Shown here: piece by piece, positions 36,301 through 49,971 of the stretch
Layout: each line of letters starts with the position of its first letter
How positions within the stretch are numbered: position 1 is the first letter of the stretch
Source of the DNA: Octopus sinensis
Lineage: Eukaryota
NCBI RefSeq assembly: GCF_006345805.1
Contig: NC_043004.1
Location: 20,646,001-20,710,000, forward strand
Direction: 5' to 3'
Length of the DNA stretch: 64,000 nt
The notes under the pieces: generated by a model
The model's input: the letters and a program-made list of their open reading frames with translations, nothing else
The model's database searches: none
Told to the model about the DNA's origin: nothing
Made by a program: the position numbers and the translations under genes

Positions 36301-37564
36301 CCATCCATTTCCATTATTATGAATTTGAATTTGGATCTTGAGTCATAATGAATCTTTCATTTACTGATTACACAACCATGGACACCATCCTTACGAATGT
36401 GTTGTAGTTGCTGTCTTGATACACCTTGGTCATCCTGACTGTTGATCTAGGATTTCTCGGCTCAACATCAATGCAAGAAGCACCATTGGCTCAGTTGAGC
36501 TTTTCCCTTATCTCTTCACAATCTGCTATGTTGCAGTCCCATGACTCCACCATGTCCTTGGCAGGGTGGTTGAACAGATGCTATGCCTTGCAAAAAGACA
36601 ATACTGTAACTATGCAGAGCATGGTCATCACCCCATCGGGTATTTTCAGATACCCACCTACCCATGTTTTCTAGGTTAGGGTTTTACAGTTACCAGTATT
36701 TGCTTTCAGTTACATCCTTTTCTCAGTGGTTTTTATTTGGTTATTGGCTGGGGTGTATTTAAGCATATTTAGTGATATTTGATCAGCTATTTCAGGCAAA
36801 CATTGGTGGTCCTCTTTTATGACAATTCCTTTTTCAATTCAAGTAATAATAATAATGTTTAAGTAAAAATTATTAAGGAGTCAAGTTAGCTAGAAGAAAC
36901 TGTCTCTAAAGTAGTGAGAATTAGGGAAAAAATAATTGGCTTATGAGAGGCCCAGCTTTGCATATAGGACCAAGGTCAATTTCTGAGACATCTGTTGGAT
37001 AAAAAAGAGCATCTTATATGCCATGAAAATTTGTACACACACACATATATATACACACACACCCATATATATTCAATATGGTTACTTACAATAAAGAACA
37101 GATATTTCGAATTCTTTTTACATATACATTATTCTAGTAAATATGCTATACTTATTAAAGAGAATATTGAGATTATGAGATTTTTTAATTTAATTTATTT
37201 CATTGATACTAGATATATATTAAACATGTCATATTTTATGTATTAAAATATTAGAAAGGATGCCACACTCACATACACAATGGGCTTCTTTTCTGTTTCC
37301 ACCTTTAAAATTCAATTGCAGGCTTTAGTTGTCCTAAGGTTAGAGTAGAAAACATTTGCCCAAGGTCTTGTACAATGAGACTGAACCCCAAACTACATTG
37401 TTGGAAAGCAATCCTACACCTGCGTGAATTAAAAAAGACTCCAAGAACTTGATAAAACATTACTAATCATTTATAATTTAAGATACTATGTAATTTAAGA
37501 GAAGCACTAGTCTGATAAATGTTAACCAATTCTTGACTATCTAAAGAAACCAAATTTGTTAGAA

Positions 37565-37940
37565 TTTGTGGCTGTGTGGTAAGGAGCTTGCTTCCCAACC
37601 ACATGGTTTTGGGTTCAGTCCCATTGTGTGGCACCTTAGGCAAGTGCCTTCTACTATAACCTCAGGCTGACCAAAGCCTTCTTAGTGAATTTGGTAGACA
37701 AAAACTGAAAAAAACGTGTTGTATGTGTGTGTGTGTGTGTGTTTGTGTTTGTATCCCACCACTGCTTGACAACCAGTGTAGGTTTGTTTCCTCATAACTT
37801 AGTGGTTTGGCAAAAGAGATGGATAAAACAAATACCTGGCTTAAACAAAAAGAAAGTACTGGGCTTGGCTCCTTCAACTAAAACATCTTCGTGGTGATGC
37901 CCCAGCATGACCACAGTCTAATGAGTGAAACAAGTTAAAG
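37565..37940 (+). mobile_element. SINE family B
   Basis: tggctgtgtggtaaggagcttgc..gggttcagtccc..cagcatgaccacagtc. Confidence 0.88.
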
Positions 37941-38599
37941 ATTAAAAATAAAAGATTGACTTTATTAATGACTTTCACCAACATAACCATCAGTTAGCAT
38001 GTATTTCTTGTGGTGGAGGTGGCAGCAGCAGCAGTAATGGTGGTAGCAGTGATAGTACTGAATATATTCAGCCTTTTTTTGGCCATGGTTGATTGGTACC
38101 ATATTTTTAGTTTTTGAAAAAGAAACTGTGTGTTCATTCACTGTTGAACCAACTGACAAAGAAACTATAACTGGAAGATCAGAAAATTCTTGGCAAGAGT
38201 TGTGTGAATTTTCTTTATTGTTCAGCAAACAATGACTGCTTGATGAATAGAATCTGGATCTTTCATTTCTTTGCACATATTAGTTTCTAACTGTTGCCAA
38301 AATTTGAGGTGGCAGGGAATGCAATATACTGCAAGTTTGCAGGTAATGCAATATACTGAACTCTGTAGGGAACATTCTTTTTATAGAAAGTATAATATGG
38401 TTGGTAAAAGTGTAGTTAATAAGAATTAATGAGAAAATGTGAAATGATCAATTAAAGTGTACTAAGGGAGTATGATGTGATACGTAAAACAATAATTAAA
38501 ATTTCTACAATAATGCTCTTGAATTAAATTATTCAGGGCATTTGACCTGCATTGTTTAATGTCAGATTAAGTACCAATGTCTGTATCATTCCATTATCT

Positions 38600-38790
38600 T
38601 GGGAGATGTAGGTTCAGTGCCAGGGCCATTTGATTAAAACAACTTTGGTGTTTGACTGACCCTTAGTTTAGTGATCCTGAAAAGATGAAAGGCAATGTTG
38701 TCATTTGTGGGATTTGAACTCAGAACACAAAAGTCAAAACTAAATGCAAGACATTTTGTCCAAAGCTCTAACAATTCTGCAGAGTCAGTG
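38600..38790 (-). mobile_element. SINE family A, diverged
   Basis: aaagatgaaaggcaatgttg..gatttgaactcagaac. Confidence 0.72.
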
Positions 38791-39949
38791 ATAAAAATGA
38801 TTAAAAAAAGAAAATTTACAATAATTGATTAAAGCCCTTAAATGTGCCATCTCATCATGGCCACATTCCAAAAATCCAAAAACTGAAAGCAACAAAAGAA
38901 TAAAAGAAGAAAGTTATATTATTCTTGTCTTATCATTTGAAAACTGAATTAAATATTCTTCTGTTTAGATTACATAGTTTTGGGAAAGGAAATAATTTTA
39001 ACAATATAACATTGCTGATGGGAAGTATCTCAGGGGAGTTGCCTCCATGCTAAATATACATTCTGCAGAGTCTTCATATGCAATATAGTGGATTGTAGAA
39101 CTTCAATTAACTGAGATTATCCAGGCAACTGGGAAACAAAAACAATTTATTTTCAGTTTTAGGAACTGCATTTATTATCCAGAAATTATAACAGCTTCTA
39201 ATTTGGTTTTAAAATGAGAAACAGACTGAGACTTTCTGACATTTATTGATAGATTATTCTAGATTTCAGAAACAGAAGTCTACTTGCAACCTTTTCTTGC
39301 TAATATTGAATAAAGATGGAATGTAATTATTTTTGCAGTTAAGTCTGAGAGACTTGTCAAAATACAAATTAATAAATTATAGATTGAGATCTGAAATTTG
39401 AAACATGAGTGCTTTTTTTTTATTTATAGTAACCACTATAGCATATAAAGCTTAAACTAACCAGAATCATCCAGATATTGTTCATTGTTCCATTTGTAAA
39501 GATCCATATCTGGTTAATTAACATATGCAGAAAATGAATACGAAATCCATTAACACTAAACTTGTCACTCAAAAAAAAAAAAATTGCTCGGTTTTCAATA
39601 AAATATTTATTTCATTATAAATGACATTGATTAGATTTAGCAATCCTTACAATTATGGTTCCTCATCTAACTATCACTATGATGAAATCCTATCATACCA
39701 AACCACTGCATGAAGTAATGTGCATATATCCCTGTATGTGTGTATACAGTGGGATAGTTGTAAAAAATGAAGTCAAAAAATGCATTTGGAAAATATTACT
39801 CAGATGTTAGGGTGTGCATGCCCATATAGCTAAGGGTTTTTTTTTTGTTATTTTATTTATTATGCTTTTATTGTTTCTAATTTTTTATCAGGTTAATTCT
39901 AGAGGAAAGTGGAAAGTGAGGTTGTTGAGGACGGGCAATAGCATGAAGT

Positions 39950-42150
39950 GGGTAGTGGGGAACAATATCAAAGCCTGATTAACCTTTGCAAAGATGCAAT
40001 TAATTTTTGTTCTCATTTTGGTAATTATTGGTTCCACAGTGTTGAATTTTCATAACAATTAATTACAAGCTTAAAGTCCAGGAGTCCTATATTGTTGTAA
40101 ACATGAAGGTAATATCATGACCCTCTTTTTCAGTTTTGATACTAAACTCTATTTCATAATTATGATATCCCACACACTCAAAGCAACACAGTTTATTAAA
40201 TACAATTTGAAAAATAATTTAAGCTCTCATAGATTTTTTATCTTTCTCTTTTGCTTTTTCATCTTAGTAAAATATTAGTTGAATTTCCAAACTGGGTCCA
40301 CAAGGATATTTTCTGTGCTTGTGAATTGTTGAGCAATGAAACTAAGTGAATTCCTGTTAGTAATTGGAAGTTCATAAAGTTTAATGAATACAAGATTGCT
40401 CTCATAATTAATTAATTGTCCAGACCTCATTTCTATTACATGTTACATGCTCCTAGAGCTATTATCACACTCAGAAGGGCTGCATGGAATTACTTTTGAA
40501 TATCCAAGTAAAAGCTTTTGTCTGGTACAATATTTTGCCACCTGTTCTCTAGACATGCTCTGTTTGCATTTTACATTCCATACTGCCACTGACTCATTCT
40601 TTATTTGTCATTTAATGTCCTCCTGCATCACATTATTGTGTCAGTGTGAACACAAATGAAATCACATTGCTAATCATTATGTGTGAACAATTGCCACCTG
40701 GATAGTCTTTTCATTATATGCTTTCAGCTTAGCTTCAAGTGATCGATGATCAATGATCCTAAACTACTTTAAAAATAAATTTGAAAGGTTTTTAAATCAC
40801 TAAATCTGGTGATCTACAAGTTACTTTCAAGCATCTGATAAAAATTTCATTTCAAAATCCAAGCAAAACCAAAGAATTGAAAGTTAAAATTTTACTTAGA
40901 ACCTACTTGTATCAAAAGTTTAATTTTGACGATCAACTATGGTTTGCAAAAGCTCTCATGAGTTGGCTCTACCGTCTCTGTTTGGGAACTCAATCAAGAT
41001 TCAGATTCAGATTTAACAACTGTTGACATTGTATCTTTCAACATTTGCCAACAGTGTGTTCAGTAGAAAATGAATTAACTAAATTTGCCAATAATAAACA
41101 ATGGTTAATCAAGCATTCCATCTAAATTGAGAGAATGATTATTTCTGTTTACAAAAATAACTTCTCTTTAATTAATACTCTGTTGAACACCATTTTAATA
41201 ACCACCAATGACTGCAGTATTGTCATAGTATTGTGATTAGCAGTTTTAGAATGGCATTTCATCTTTCACAAGTTGATTTTAAATTATATCCATCACGTTT
41301 TAAAAAAATCTAAGAAAAGCTGTTATTAAAAATCAATATTAGAATGAAAAGTTTCTGCCATTTGCTCTTCAGAATCAGAGTGAAGGCCAAAACATTTGGC
41401 TTTGTGAATAAATGCTATATAGCAACTTGTGGTAAACTATTGAAGCCATCAGCTGAATATTTTCACTGAATGCAAAAAAATATTATGCTATTTTGTCCAG
41501 GTTTCTTTTCCACACCACTAAGATGTGTTTGCATAACAAGATCAAACCTTGCCAGTAATTTTAGTAAACCAACAGAATTTTCCAAATCCCTTCTTTCTTC
41601 CTATCAATAGGATTCCTTATCTCCATCAGTACAAGGTTTTACATTGTTAAAAATTTTATACAATGGAGAATCCTGTGGAGGAGATCTCACCATTTTTTAA
41701 TTGTAATTTGAGCTTGAAAACCTATACCAATGATTTATCTACATTCTAAATGTATTGTAAACATCTTTACTTAAAGATTTATGTCCTTAGAGCATCTGAG
41801 AAAATTATACTTTTCAACATATTTTCAGAAACTTCAAGGAACTTAAATAATGATACTGAACTCACTGGATATAGGCTGGGCAATGTTTTTCTATTTCTCA
41901 ATATTCAAAAGCTTACAATTTTCTGCATCTTTTGAAGGTAGATCTGATTTCTGAAAGAAGCTTGATCATCCCTCCAACATACTCAGACAGTTATTGCTGA
42001 TTAAGTTAGTCCTGAGGCATCATAAAAAGCATGTGATTTCTTTTAATTTCTGCTTCTTGTATTTTTATTCTTGATGCATGTGTTATGTGATAGCATTATA
42101 AAAACTTCCATCAATTTTTGATACAACAGAAATCTACCTCCCATAAAATA
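39950..42150 (-). mobile_element. hAT transposase fossil (ZMYM1/DUF4371-like)
   Basis: Minus strand at ~41500-41570: GLLKLLARFDLVMQTHL (cf. NFL.LLKLLAKFDPVMQEHL). Further decayed hAT-like pieces lie toward 40 kb. Boundaries approximate. Confidence 0.6.
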
Positions 42151-42204
42151 TTTGTACCTTTGAAGGAAAAATACCTCTCACATAAAAGGGGTAAAGACCC
42201 CCTT

Positions 42205-42525
42205 CGGTCATGAATGACCATGGGATTGCACCTAGAAAGTTACCCTCCTAGACACAAGTCCAGGCAAGGTTGTTTTATGGAAGACCAGCAGTCGCGCATG
42301 CATACCAGCCTCCCCTCTCCACGCCACCAATGTTATCCAAGGGAAAGACAAAGGTCAATACAGCTTGGCACCAGTGACGTTGCAACTCATTTCTACTGCT
42401 GAGTGAACTGGAGCAACGTGAAATAAAGTGCCTTGCTCAAGAACACAACACGCAGCCCGGTCCGGGATTCGAGCTCACAACCTCACGATCGTAAGCTCGA
42501 TGCTCTAACCACTGAGCCAAGCACA
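42205..42525 (-). mobile_element. SINE family E (tRNA head, CORE/Meta-like central segment)
   Basis: Head gtgcttggctcagtggttagagcatcgagc..gctcgaatcccgg, then tgtgttcttgagcaaggcacttt. Confidence 0.85.
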
Positions 42526-42834
42526 TTAATTTTCATGCACTTATATCAATAGATTCAGCAATTATTAACAAGTATTATCATCTTTTAAAGTCATCAACTA
42601 TCTCTTTCCATAAAGCCTTACATTTTGCTTGATATAATTTAAATTTTCAAAATACACTATTTACTGTTAGTTACTATTAAATCTATTTAGTTTCAATGTT
42701 TTCATTCCTGTAATCTTTATCTATCATAAATATGTTTGAAATGAGCTTTGAATTTAAACAACAATTACCATTTTTTCAATACTTAATGACTTTGATGTGG
42801 TGAATTAGAACGAATTATTGTATTATTAATCTTA

Positions 42835-43225
42835 CATGGCTGTGTGGTTAAAAAGCTTGCTGCCTGACCACATGGTTCCAGGTTCAGTCCCACTGCATGG
42901 CACTTTGGGCAAGTGTCTTCTACTATGGCCTCAGGCCAACCAAAATTTTTTGAGTGGATTTGGTAGACAAATTCTGAAAAAAGCCCATCGTATATATACA
43001 CGTTTGTGTGTCTTTGTGTCTGTGTTTATCCTCCAACCACCGCTTGACAGCTGGTGCTGGTCTGTTTACGTCCCCCATAACTTAGCAGTTCAGAAGAAGA
43101 GACTGATATAATAAGTACCAGGCTTTAAAAATATAAGTTCCAGGGTCGATTCATTTGACTAAAACTTCTTCAAGATGGTGCCCCAGCATGGCCGCAGACT
43201 AATGCCTGAAACATGAAAATGACAA
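42835..43225 (+). mobile_element. SINE family B
   Basis: catggctgtgtggttaaaaagcttg..ggttcagtccc..cagcatggccgcagac. Confidence 0.9.
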
Positions 43226-43690
43226 AAGATAAAATATAAGCCACTGGAAACTTTGTAAGAGAAAGCAATGGAAAGGGCTGTGAGGTTTCTTTTGTTTGCT
43301 TATTTTTATGGTAGATGAGCTGTCATATACTCCTGGGCTCCTTCTCAGCTCTCTCTGACCCCAGGTATTAGCTGAACCACTGCTTTTAGGTGCTGACTAC
43401 AGTTTAGAAAGAGAACACTGCATATAATACACACTACTATATATATTACATTATAATTATACAAACATAGATTATGCAGAGATGCATTATATTTGAAGCA
43501 ATGTCCTAAATCACAAGTCTGTTGAATCAATGCTAATATGAGGCTAAAATGACAATAAGATTCAATGCAGTATTGGATTTTTTAAAGATTATATAGAAGC
43601 TGCATTACACAAGAGTTTCTTGAGAGTTATAAACACAGGTATGGTTATCAATTTTACCTAGGATCTATAATGGAAAGTAATCATGTAAAG

Positions 43691-46454
43691 CAGGGGTCTC
43701 AAACTCAGTGAAAAGGACCAATATATTGTGAAGAAAAGGTACAGTAAGCCATAAATGAGGGTGTGGTATGGGAATGAGGTGTTATAATTTTCAGTAGCTG
43801 TTGTATTATACAGCTATAAAGCGAAACTGATAAGTAAACAAATATGATATATCAAACATGTTTTACTTGCATGTTTTATTGTCTTTATAAGTGGTTTAAT
43901 TTCAGTCAGTTCAAGTTGCTGATATATTTTTGCAATATTTTTGCAGCAACAACAGATTCTATATTTGGTTACAAATCACGTAAATTTGCAGCTCATAATA
44001 GAGATTACAAATGTTCTTCTCTAAGTCTTGAATGCAATGAAGATTTATTTATTTTCATTGTCAAAAAATTGAAGATTTATTTATTTTCATTGATCAAAAA
44101 CATATGTGCTTCAAAACATGGCTAGAATTCACCAAGATAAGGTAAATGGTTTAAGAAATCTGTCACTTAGAAAAAACATGTAAGAATCTAGAACATGAAC
44201 TTCTGTATACTTCTACTTGAATAAAGTATCACACAGAGCCCCACCAAAATCCATCTGAAGTTTCTTGTAAATAGAATCAACACCTAAGATCAGCAGAGTA
44301 GCAAAAAGCATATCTTTTTTAATGCTAAAGTTTTGAAAATTCTAGTCAAGCAACATGCATCTTTAAAATTACATCTGCATATTCTTTCAATTTCTGTGCA
44401 TTAACCTTGTCTAATTACGAGGAGGTTGTGAAGTGAGCCAAGCTACTGGCTGCAAGTTGCTATGTTACAGAGAAAGTTTACATTTGAAAGATTTCACATT
44501 GTCATTCATTTCTATAATAACTCTCTCTACACCCAAAAAGAGAAAAACTTTAAATGTATAAGTGATCTCTCAGATTAGCAATGAATGTGATGATAGATTT
44601 AAAAGTAGGAGCACTTATTTCAGGAACATCGTTTTCTTTCATTGCCATGAACAAGCTAATTTCTTCTTTCAAAGCAAAAGGTCCTTTTCATATAATTTCT
44701 CCAACTGAGCCACCTTGCAACAACATGGTACAACAACTCTTTATTTTCACTCTCCATTTAGGACAGAAAAGAAATCAACTGGCTATGGTTGAGAGCCAAT
44801 TTTCACAACTAAATTCACTACACTCTCCATCTGGATCCTTTCTCTTCACAGTGCCTTGTGGTGTAGAATACAACAAATTATAGAGATAGATTCAACAAAG
44901 TTTACTCTCTTCAAGAAAGTTAACAAAGCCCTCCTATTCAGAACACAATGCAGATGTACTGTCTGTTGCCACTGACATCAAATTTTATCAATCCAATCCA
45001 ATCCAGACCATATTTCCTGTTCACTAAACACACCTCCTGTCTTTGTTCTCTTTGTTGTGAGAAATATAGTCATACTTTAGTAACATTGCAGCTTTTGTCA
45101 ATTTCTTAAATAAAAACACAATAAACAGTATCTGTAATATGTCTGCATTCATCAAGTGGATAGGAATTTTTTTTAAATCTGTAGCAGTAGTAGTCAATTG
45201 CTGACGTGTATTGCTTGCTAAAGCAGTGATGCACTTAGGGACAGTATTTGATGACAAGCTAAAACTTTCAAGATGTTTATTATTCTCAGGGCAGAGGATT
45301 TCATTGGCTTTAAAAAAACAGTCTTCAATAAAATTACCTTCAGTGAATGTGCTTTTACCACATTTTCACTCATTTTATTTGAGGTAGAAAAATATGTTAA
45401 GATGCCCAACTTCTACATTCTGTATTTTTTTTATTGTGAACTTCATACTGCTACCTTTGTGCTATTGCATAATGTCTCTTAATGTTACACTCTTTTCATT
45501 CTGTAATAGTCTGCACTTTGCTTTTTTATTTCTCTTTTCTTGAAAACATTGGTTCTCATCCCCAATTCTCACTTTTTTTAGCATTGACATTTTTAAAGGT
45601 TATAGTTATATTACAATTATAACTTAAAATTGTTGATCAGTATATTTATTATGAAATAGGAAGTACTACCTATCAAGTCATAGACTAGTTGATTTTATGA
45701 ACCATATTAAAGCTCTCAGCAGTCAACAAAGCATTGTTACCATAATGCAATCTTCTAATAGGATACCATTTGATATTATTCTAAAGTTAAATCTCTCTCT
45801 CTCTATCCGCTCAGTCGAAGTCGACTCTCGGTCACTCGTTGGATCAGAGTCCTCCAGTCAGTTCTATCCTGGGCCGCTTCTTTCAGATTGGCTATGTCCA
45901 TTCCGGTATCACTCTTGATGGTGTCAAGCCAGCAGGTTCTTGGTTGGTCTCTTCCTTTCTTGCCACTGACCATTCCGAGCATGATGTCCTTCTCCAGGGA
46001 TTTTCTCTGCATAATATGACCGAAATATGCCAATCTATGCTTGGTGATCCTAGCTTCTAGTGACATTTTGGGCCTTATCTGCTTAAGAACTTCTCCATTA
46101 CTGAGCCTCGCTGTCCATGGAATCCGTAAAAGTTAAATATTCCATGAAAATTTAAAATAAAATAGCTTATTATTTCTTTAAAAAAATCAATTTATTAATT
46201 ATGTAGTGTTAAAACTCTTTAATATAATTCCATATCTTTCTTATTGACAAAACCCTTTATTAATATAAAAGAAATTACTTTTGAAATTCTTTAACATGCA
46301 ATTTTGGTGCTGAGTCTAGACATTTGGTTAACACAACACAAACAAGTCACATTTTCAGGAAATTATCAGTTATGATAACAATGGTGGTCCTTGAACCTTC
46401 TCAGATCACAGGCCACATATATTCAGTCTGTGGGCCTTATGTTTAAAACCTCTG
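43691..46454 (-). mobile_element. hAT (Charlie/GTF2IRD2-like) DNA transposon fossil with both TIRs and an 8-bp TSD
   Basis: TIRs CAGGGGTCTCAAACTC and (reverse complement) CAGAGGTTTTAAACAT; TSD ATGTAAAG/ATGTACAG; transposase remnants LQMDFGGALCDTL and HSRLREEHL. Confidence 0.85.
45794..46132 (-). mobile_element. RTE/BovB-like LINE 3' fragment nested in the hAT element
   Basis: EARITKHRLAYFGHIMQRKSLEKDIMLGMVSGK..WLDTIK..DRTDWR; (AG)n tail. Confidence 0.9.
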
Positions 46455-48388
46455 ATGTACAGCTTCCTTGATGGCTCATGTTGACTTGTCATTCTAGTCC
46501 AGAATATTTTTGTTGTGAAAATGTACACCTTCTACCAACTATCTTAATTCTGTGGATCTGCGGTAAGAAGTTTGTTTCTTAGTCACATGATTCTGGGTTC
46601 AGTTCCACTGCATAGTTCCTTAGATAAGTGTCTCCTACTATAGCACTGGGCTGCCCAAAGCCTTGTGAGTGGATATGGTGGATGGAAACTGAAAGAAGCC
46701 CATTTCATATATGTGTGGTGGGGGAGGGGTGTCTCCTTGACATGGCATTGTATGATAGTTCTAAATGATTGTCACTGTCATATAAGCAGTATCATTCATT
46801 TTAAATATGCTACAAACACAAGTTTGGTCAAAGGGAAATGTTACCTTGCTTGGAAACAGTTTTAGCATTGGTGAGAGGAAGGGCATCCATCTGCAGAGAA
46901 TGTGCCTCAAAAACCTCCATCCAATCCATGCAAGCATGGAAAACTTGATGTCTGTTTTATATGATACTACCAATGCATCCCGTCATTGCTCGGGGTGTTA
47001 TGACCTACAAGCACATTGCATTATTTGCTCCTTTCTTATAGGCAGAATTGGCACAGCTGATATATAGTTAATGGAATAATGGAAGGTATTGTTTGTTTAA
47101 TAGTGAAGGATGAGGGTACAATTTGCATGAGTTTGCATGAAAGTGCTTTCTGTTCTTAAGAAGGATCAGAAATTATGTATTGTTTCATCGCATAAAAGGG
47201 GATTTATATGATTTTTTTCCCAGAAATTCGTTTTCAAAATTTTAGTTTCCCTCTATCCCTACCACAATTTCTTAATTTGTAACTTTTCCAATTTTTTGTT
47301 TTTTATCTACGTAGAAAAGTACAGAGATTACGAATCTGCTAGAAGCAAAAATGTAAACAACATATATTTCTGAAGAAAATTCTCTGCTTTGCAAAAAGCT
47401 AAAAGTGAAACATTAGGAGTGTGTAGCTTTTTGAAAGTGGTAAGGTGATGGGTAAAATTCTTAAAGATTCCTACTGTCTGTTTTTTTTCCATGGATTACC
47501 AAGAACAAAAAATTTGAAAAAAATAAAAAAGGAATTTGGTATGGAGAGGGAGAAAATTAAAATATTGAGGACGTGCTTTGTGAGTGAAATCCAAATCTCC
47601 TATATCGCAAACATAGGAATCAGAAGAAATTTAGGAAAAAAACGAAGTGGGGCGAATGGAAATGTCACCTCAGACATGTTAGAAAGAAGAGGTAAAGGAC
47701 AGAGTTTTGGGGAAAACTTTCTAAGTTTATATCGAAGATCAGGTCTTTATACACGCTCATCACAAACACAAATTACACAATAGAAAAAGATCGTTTCAAT
47801 TGGGTTTTAGCTGTAAGTTTGCATGTGCACACTCCAAGAAATAACATAATTCGTTTTACCTAGAGTGTTTGTATGCATGTGTGTGTGTCACAGGAAGTTA
47901 TTTTATGGCATTCTTTCATTTGAAGAAGCAAAGTTGTCAACTCGATACATATGAGATTATATGATTGTTTGTTAATTTCTGTAAAATTGTTTTAATTTCT
48001 GTATGCTTTGAAGAGAGCAGAAATTGAAAGAGAAGTTGAATTGAAAAGGTGACATTTGCTTTGAAGTGAGAGAAGAAAGTAAAAGAGAGGAGAAAATGTA
48101 AGATGTACATGTATATGAAATGGATGTGCATGAGAGAGAAAGAGAGAGTGAGTGAGTGTTATGATGTATAAAAATATTTTTGCATGTATGTGCAAGTGGC
48201 ACTCACTCGCACTTTCTCTCTCTTTCACACACACACACATTATCCTTCATATACACTACATAAATAGGCGGAGGTAACGTATATGCACACGATCTGTTTT
48301 CGGTGAAACCCTAACCCTAGACACCGAGAGTGCATATTCTTGACCTTCGCCCATAAATACATATGCATACATCTTTTTTGTACGTGAA

Positions 48389-48432
<44 letters not shown>

Positions 48433-48984
48433 GGTGTATTTCCTCATAACCTATAGAAAATGGATGTCTTTTAATGCAATTTTTCGAATGTGGCTTATTT
48501 CAATACAATATTTACGTCTACATTTTTATACATGTTTGTCTGAGTAGAATTCTATGCATGTGTGAAACATCGAACGAAAGTGATACATTAGAAGCAAATC
48601 AAAATATTGTCCGAAAATGACCTCAAAATTGTGCGACCAAACCTTGTTACCAAGGTTATTTTAGTTGTAAAAATGAGTTGTTGAGTCAAAGATATATTTT
48701 ATTTAGTAGATAGATAATAAGCAGCTTTCTTTATTATAATACACATGTGACTAATTCGGTGAAACATTACTTTCATTATTCACACATCGTCACCCTTCGT
48801 AATGCAACACTTTCTAATTTTGGTTTAAATTGAAAGTGTGAAACTATTTTCATCTTGTAACGAATCCTGGTCGTTGTAGAGAAGTGTATTTCAAATAACT
48901 ATAGCTGGTTATTGAAATAACGTAGAAAACATGTAGATGAAAATAAAGTTTATTTGACATGTGTAAGTGATTGTTCTGGAAGGC

Positions 48985-49180
48985 GGCGAGCTGGCAGAAA
49001 CATTAGAATGCCGGGCAAAATGTTTGAGCAGTATCTCGCCTTTATGTTCTGAGTTCAAATGCCGCTGGGATCAACTATGCCTTTTATCCTTTCGGGATCG
49101 ATAAATTAAGTACCACTGGACATTGGGATCAATGTAATCGACTAGTCCCCTCCCAGCAAATTTCAGGTCTTGTGCCTATA
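48985..49180 (+). mobile_element. SINE family A
   Basis: ggcgagctggcagaaacattag..gagttcaaat..ataaattaagtacc. Confidence 0.88.
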
Positions 49181-49269
49181 GTTTGATTTGATTGTTCTGA
49201 TCTTAACATCAGTTGGTAAGAACAGAAGTCATTTGATGACACCCTTTGTTTGTAATTGGCTATACTGTT

Positions 49270-49600
49270 GCAGGTTCAATCTGAGGAATATTTAAATACT
49301 ACCCGTCTTGTCCATTCCACAATAAAATTATACTGGAGAGCATCATAAGAGGGATGAGTATGTGAAACACGCATAAAGTTGATATCTTGAATACGAATGA
49401 GAATATCATGATTTTCAATGGGATCACCAACCATAAGAACGGCTACTTCATTAGATGTGGGCTCATTAAAACAGCGTAAAATGTTGTTTTCTATAGATGC
49501 AATGGACGCAGAAACACACACAGACTCATAGAATTGATAATACTGAAAACAGCAAATCGTATGCACACGAAGTTCAAGCAAATACGAATTTTATGTGCAA
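49270..49600 (-). mobile_element. Helitron Rep/helicase fragment
   Basis: FNEPTSNEVAVLMVGD..DILIR..RVSHTHPSYDALQY, the conserved Helitron motif (FNAP..NEVA..H.SYD.LQYP). Confidence 0.82.
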
Positions 49601-49917
49601 AACATATTTTCTGTAGCATAATTATGCTATAAAAAACGGTAAGTCACCAATTTAGCAAAAAGTTAGGGTTAATATTGACATTATTACCCTTGAAACGAAA
49701 TCGGAAAAAGAATAGTGTAACAGGTGTAAAAAAAAAAGGTGTAGAAAATGAATCTGCAAGCAAAAATGCGTGGTGTTAAATCAGCCAAATTTTAATGTTG
49801 ATAATACTTGAAAATGAACGTTACTGAAACTTGTGATAACCCTTACATCAAAATCGGCAACTCGGTTTTGGAATGCATAAGGAACACACACACACACACA
49901 CACACACCACACACACA

Positions 49918-49959
<42 letters not shown>

Positions 49960-49971
49960 TAGCAATAGATA

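Noticed and set aside
36330-36790. Structured GC-richer segment, possible LINE 5' UTR or HDV-like ribozyme
   Set aside because: No nested double-pseudoknot could be drawn by eye.
38111-38235. Plus-strand exon-like frame FEKETVCSFTVEPTDKETITGRSENSWQE
   Set aside because: Weak donor, in-frame stop shortly after, no homology recognised.
42440-42525. tRNA gene
   Set aside because: It is the tRNA-derived head of a SINE that continues into body and tail; no clean cloverleaf.
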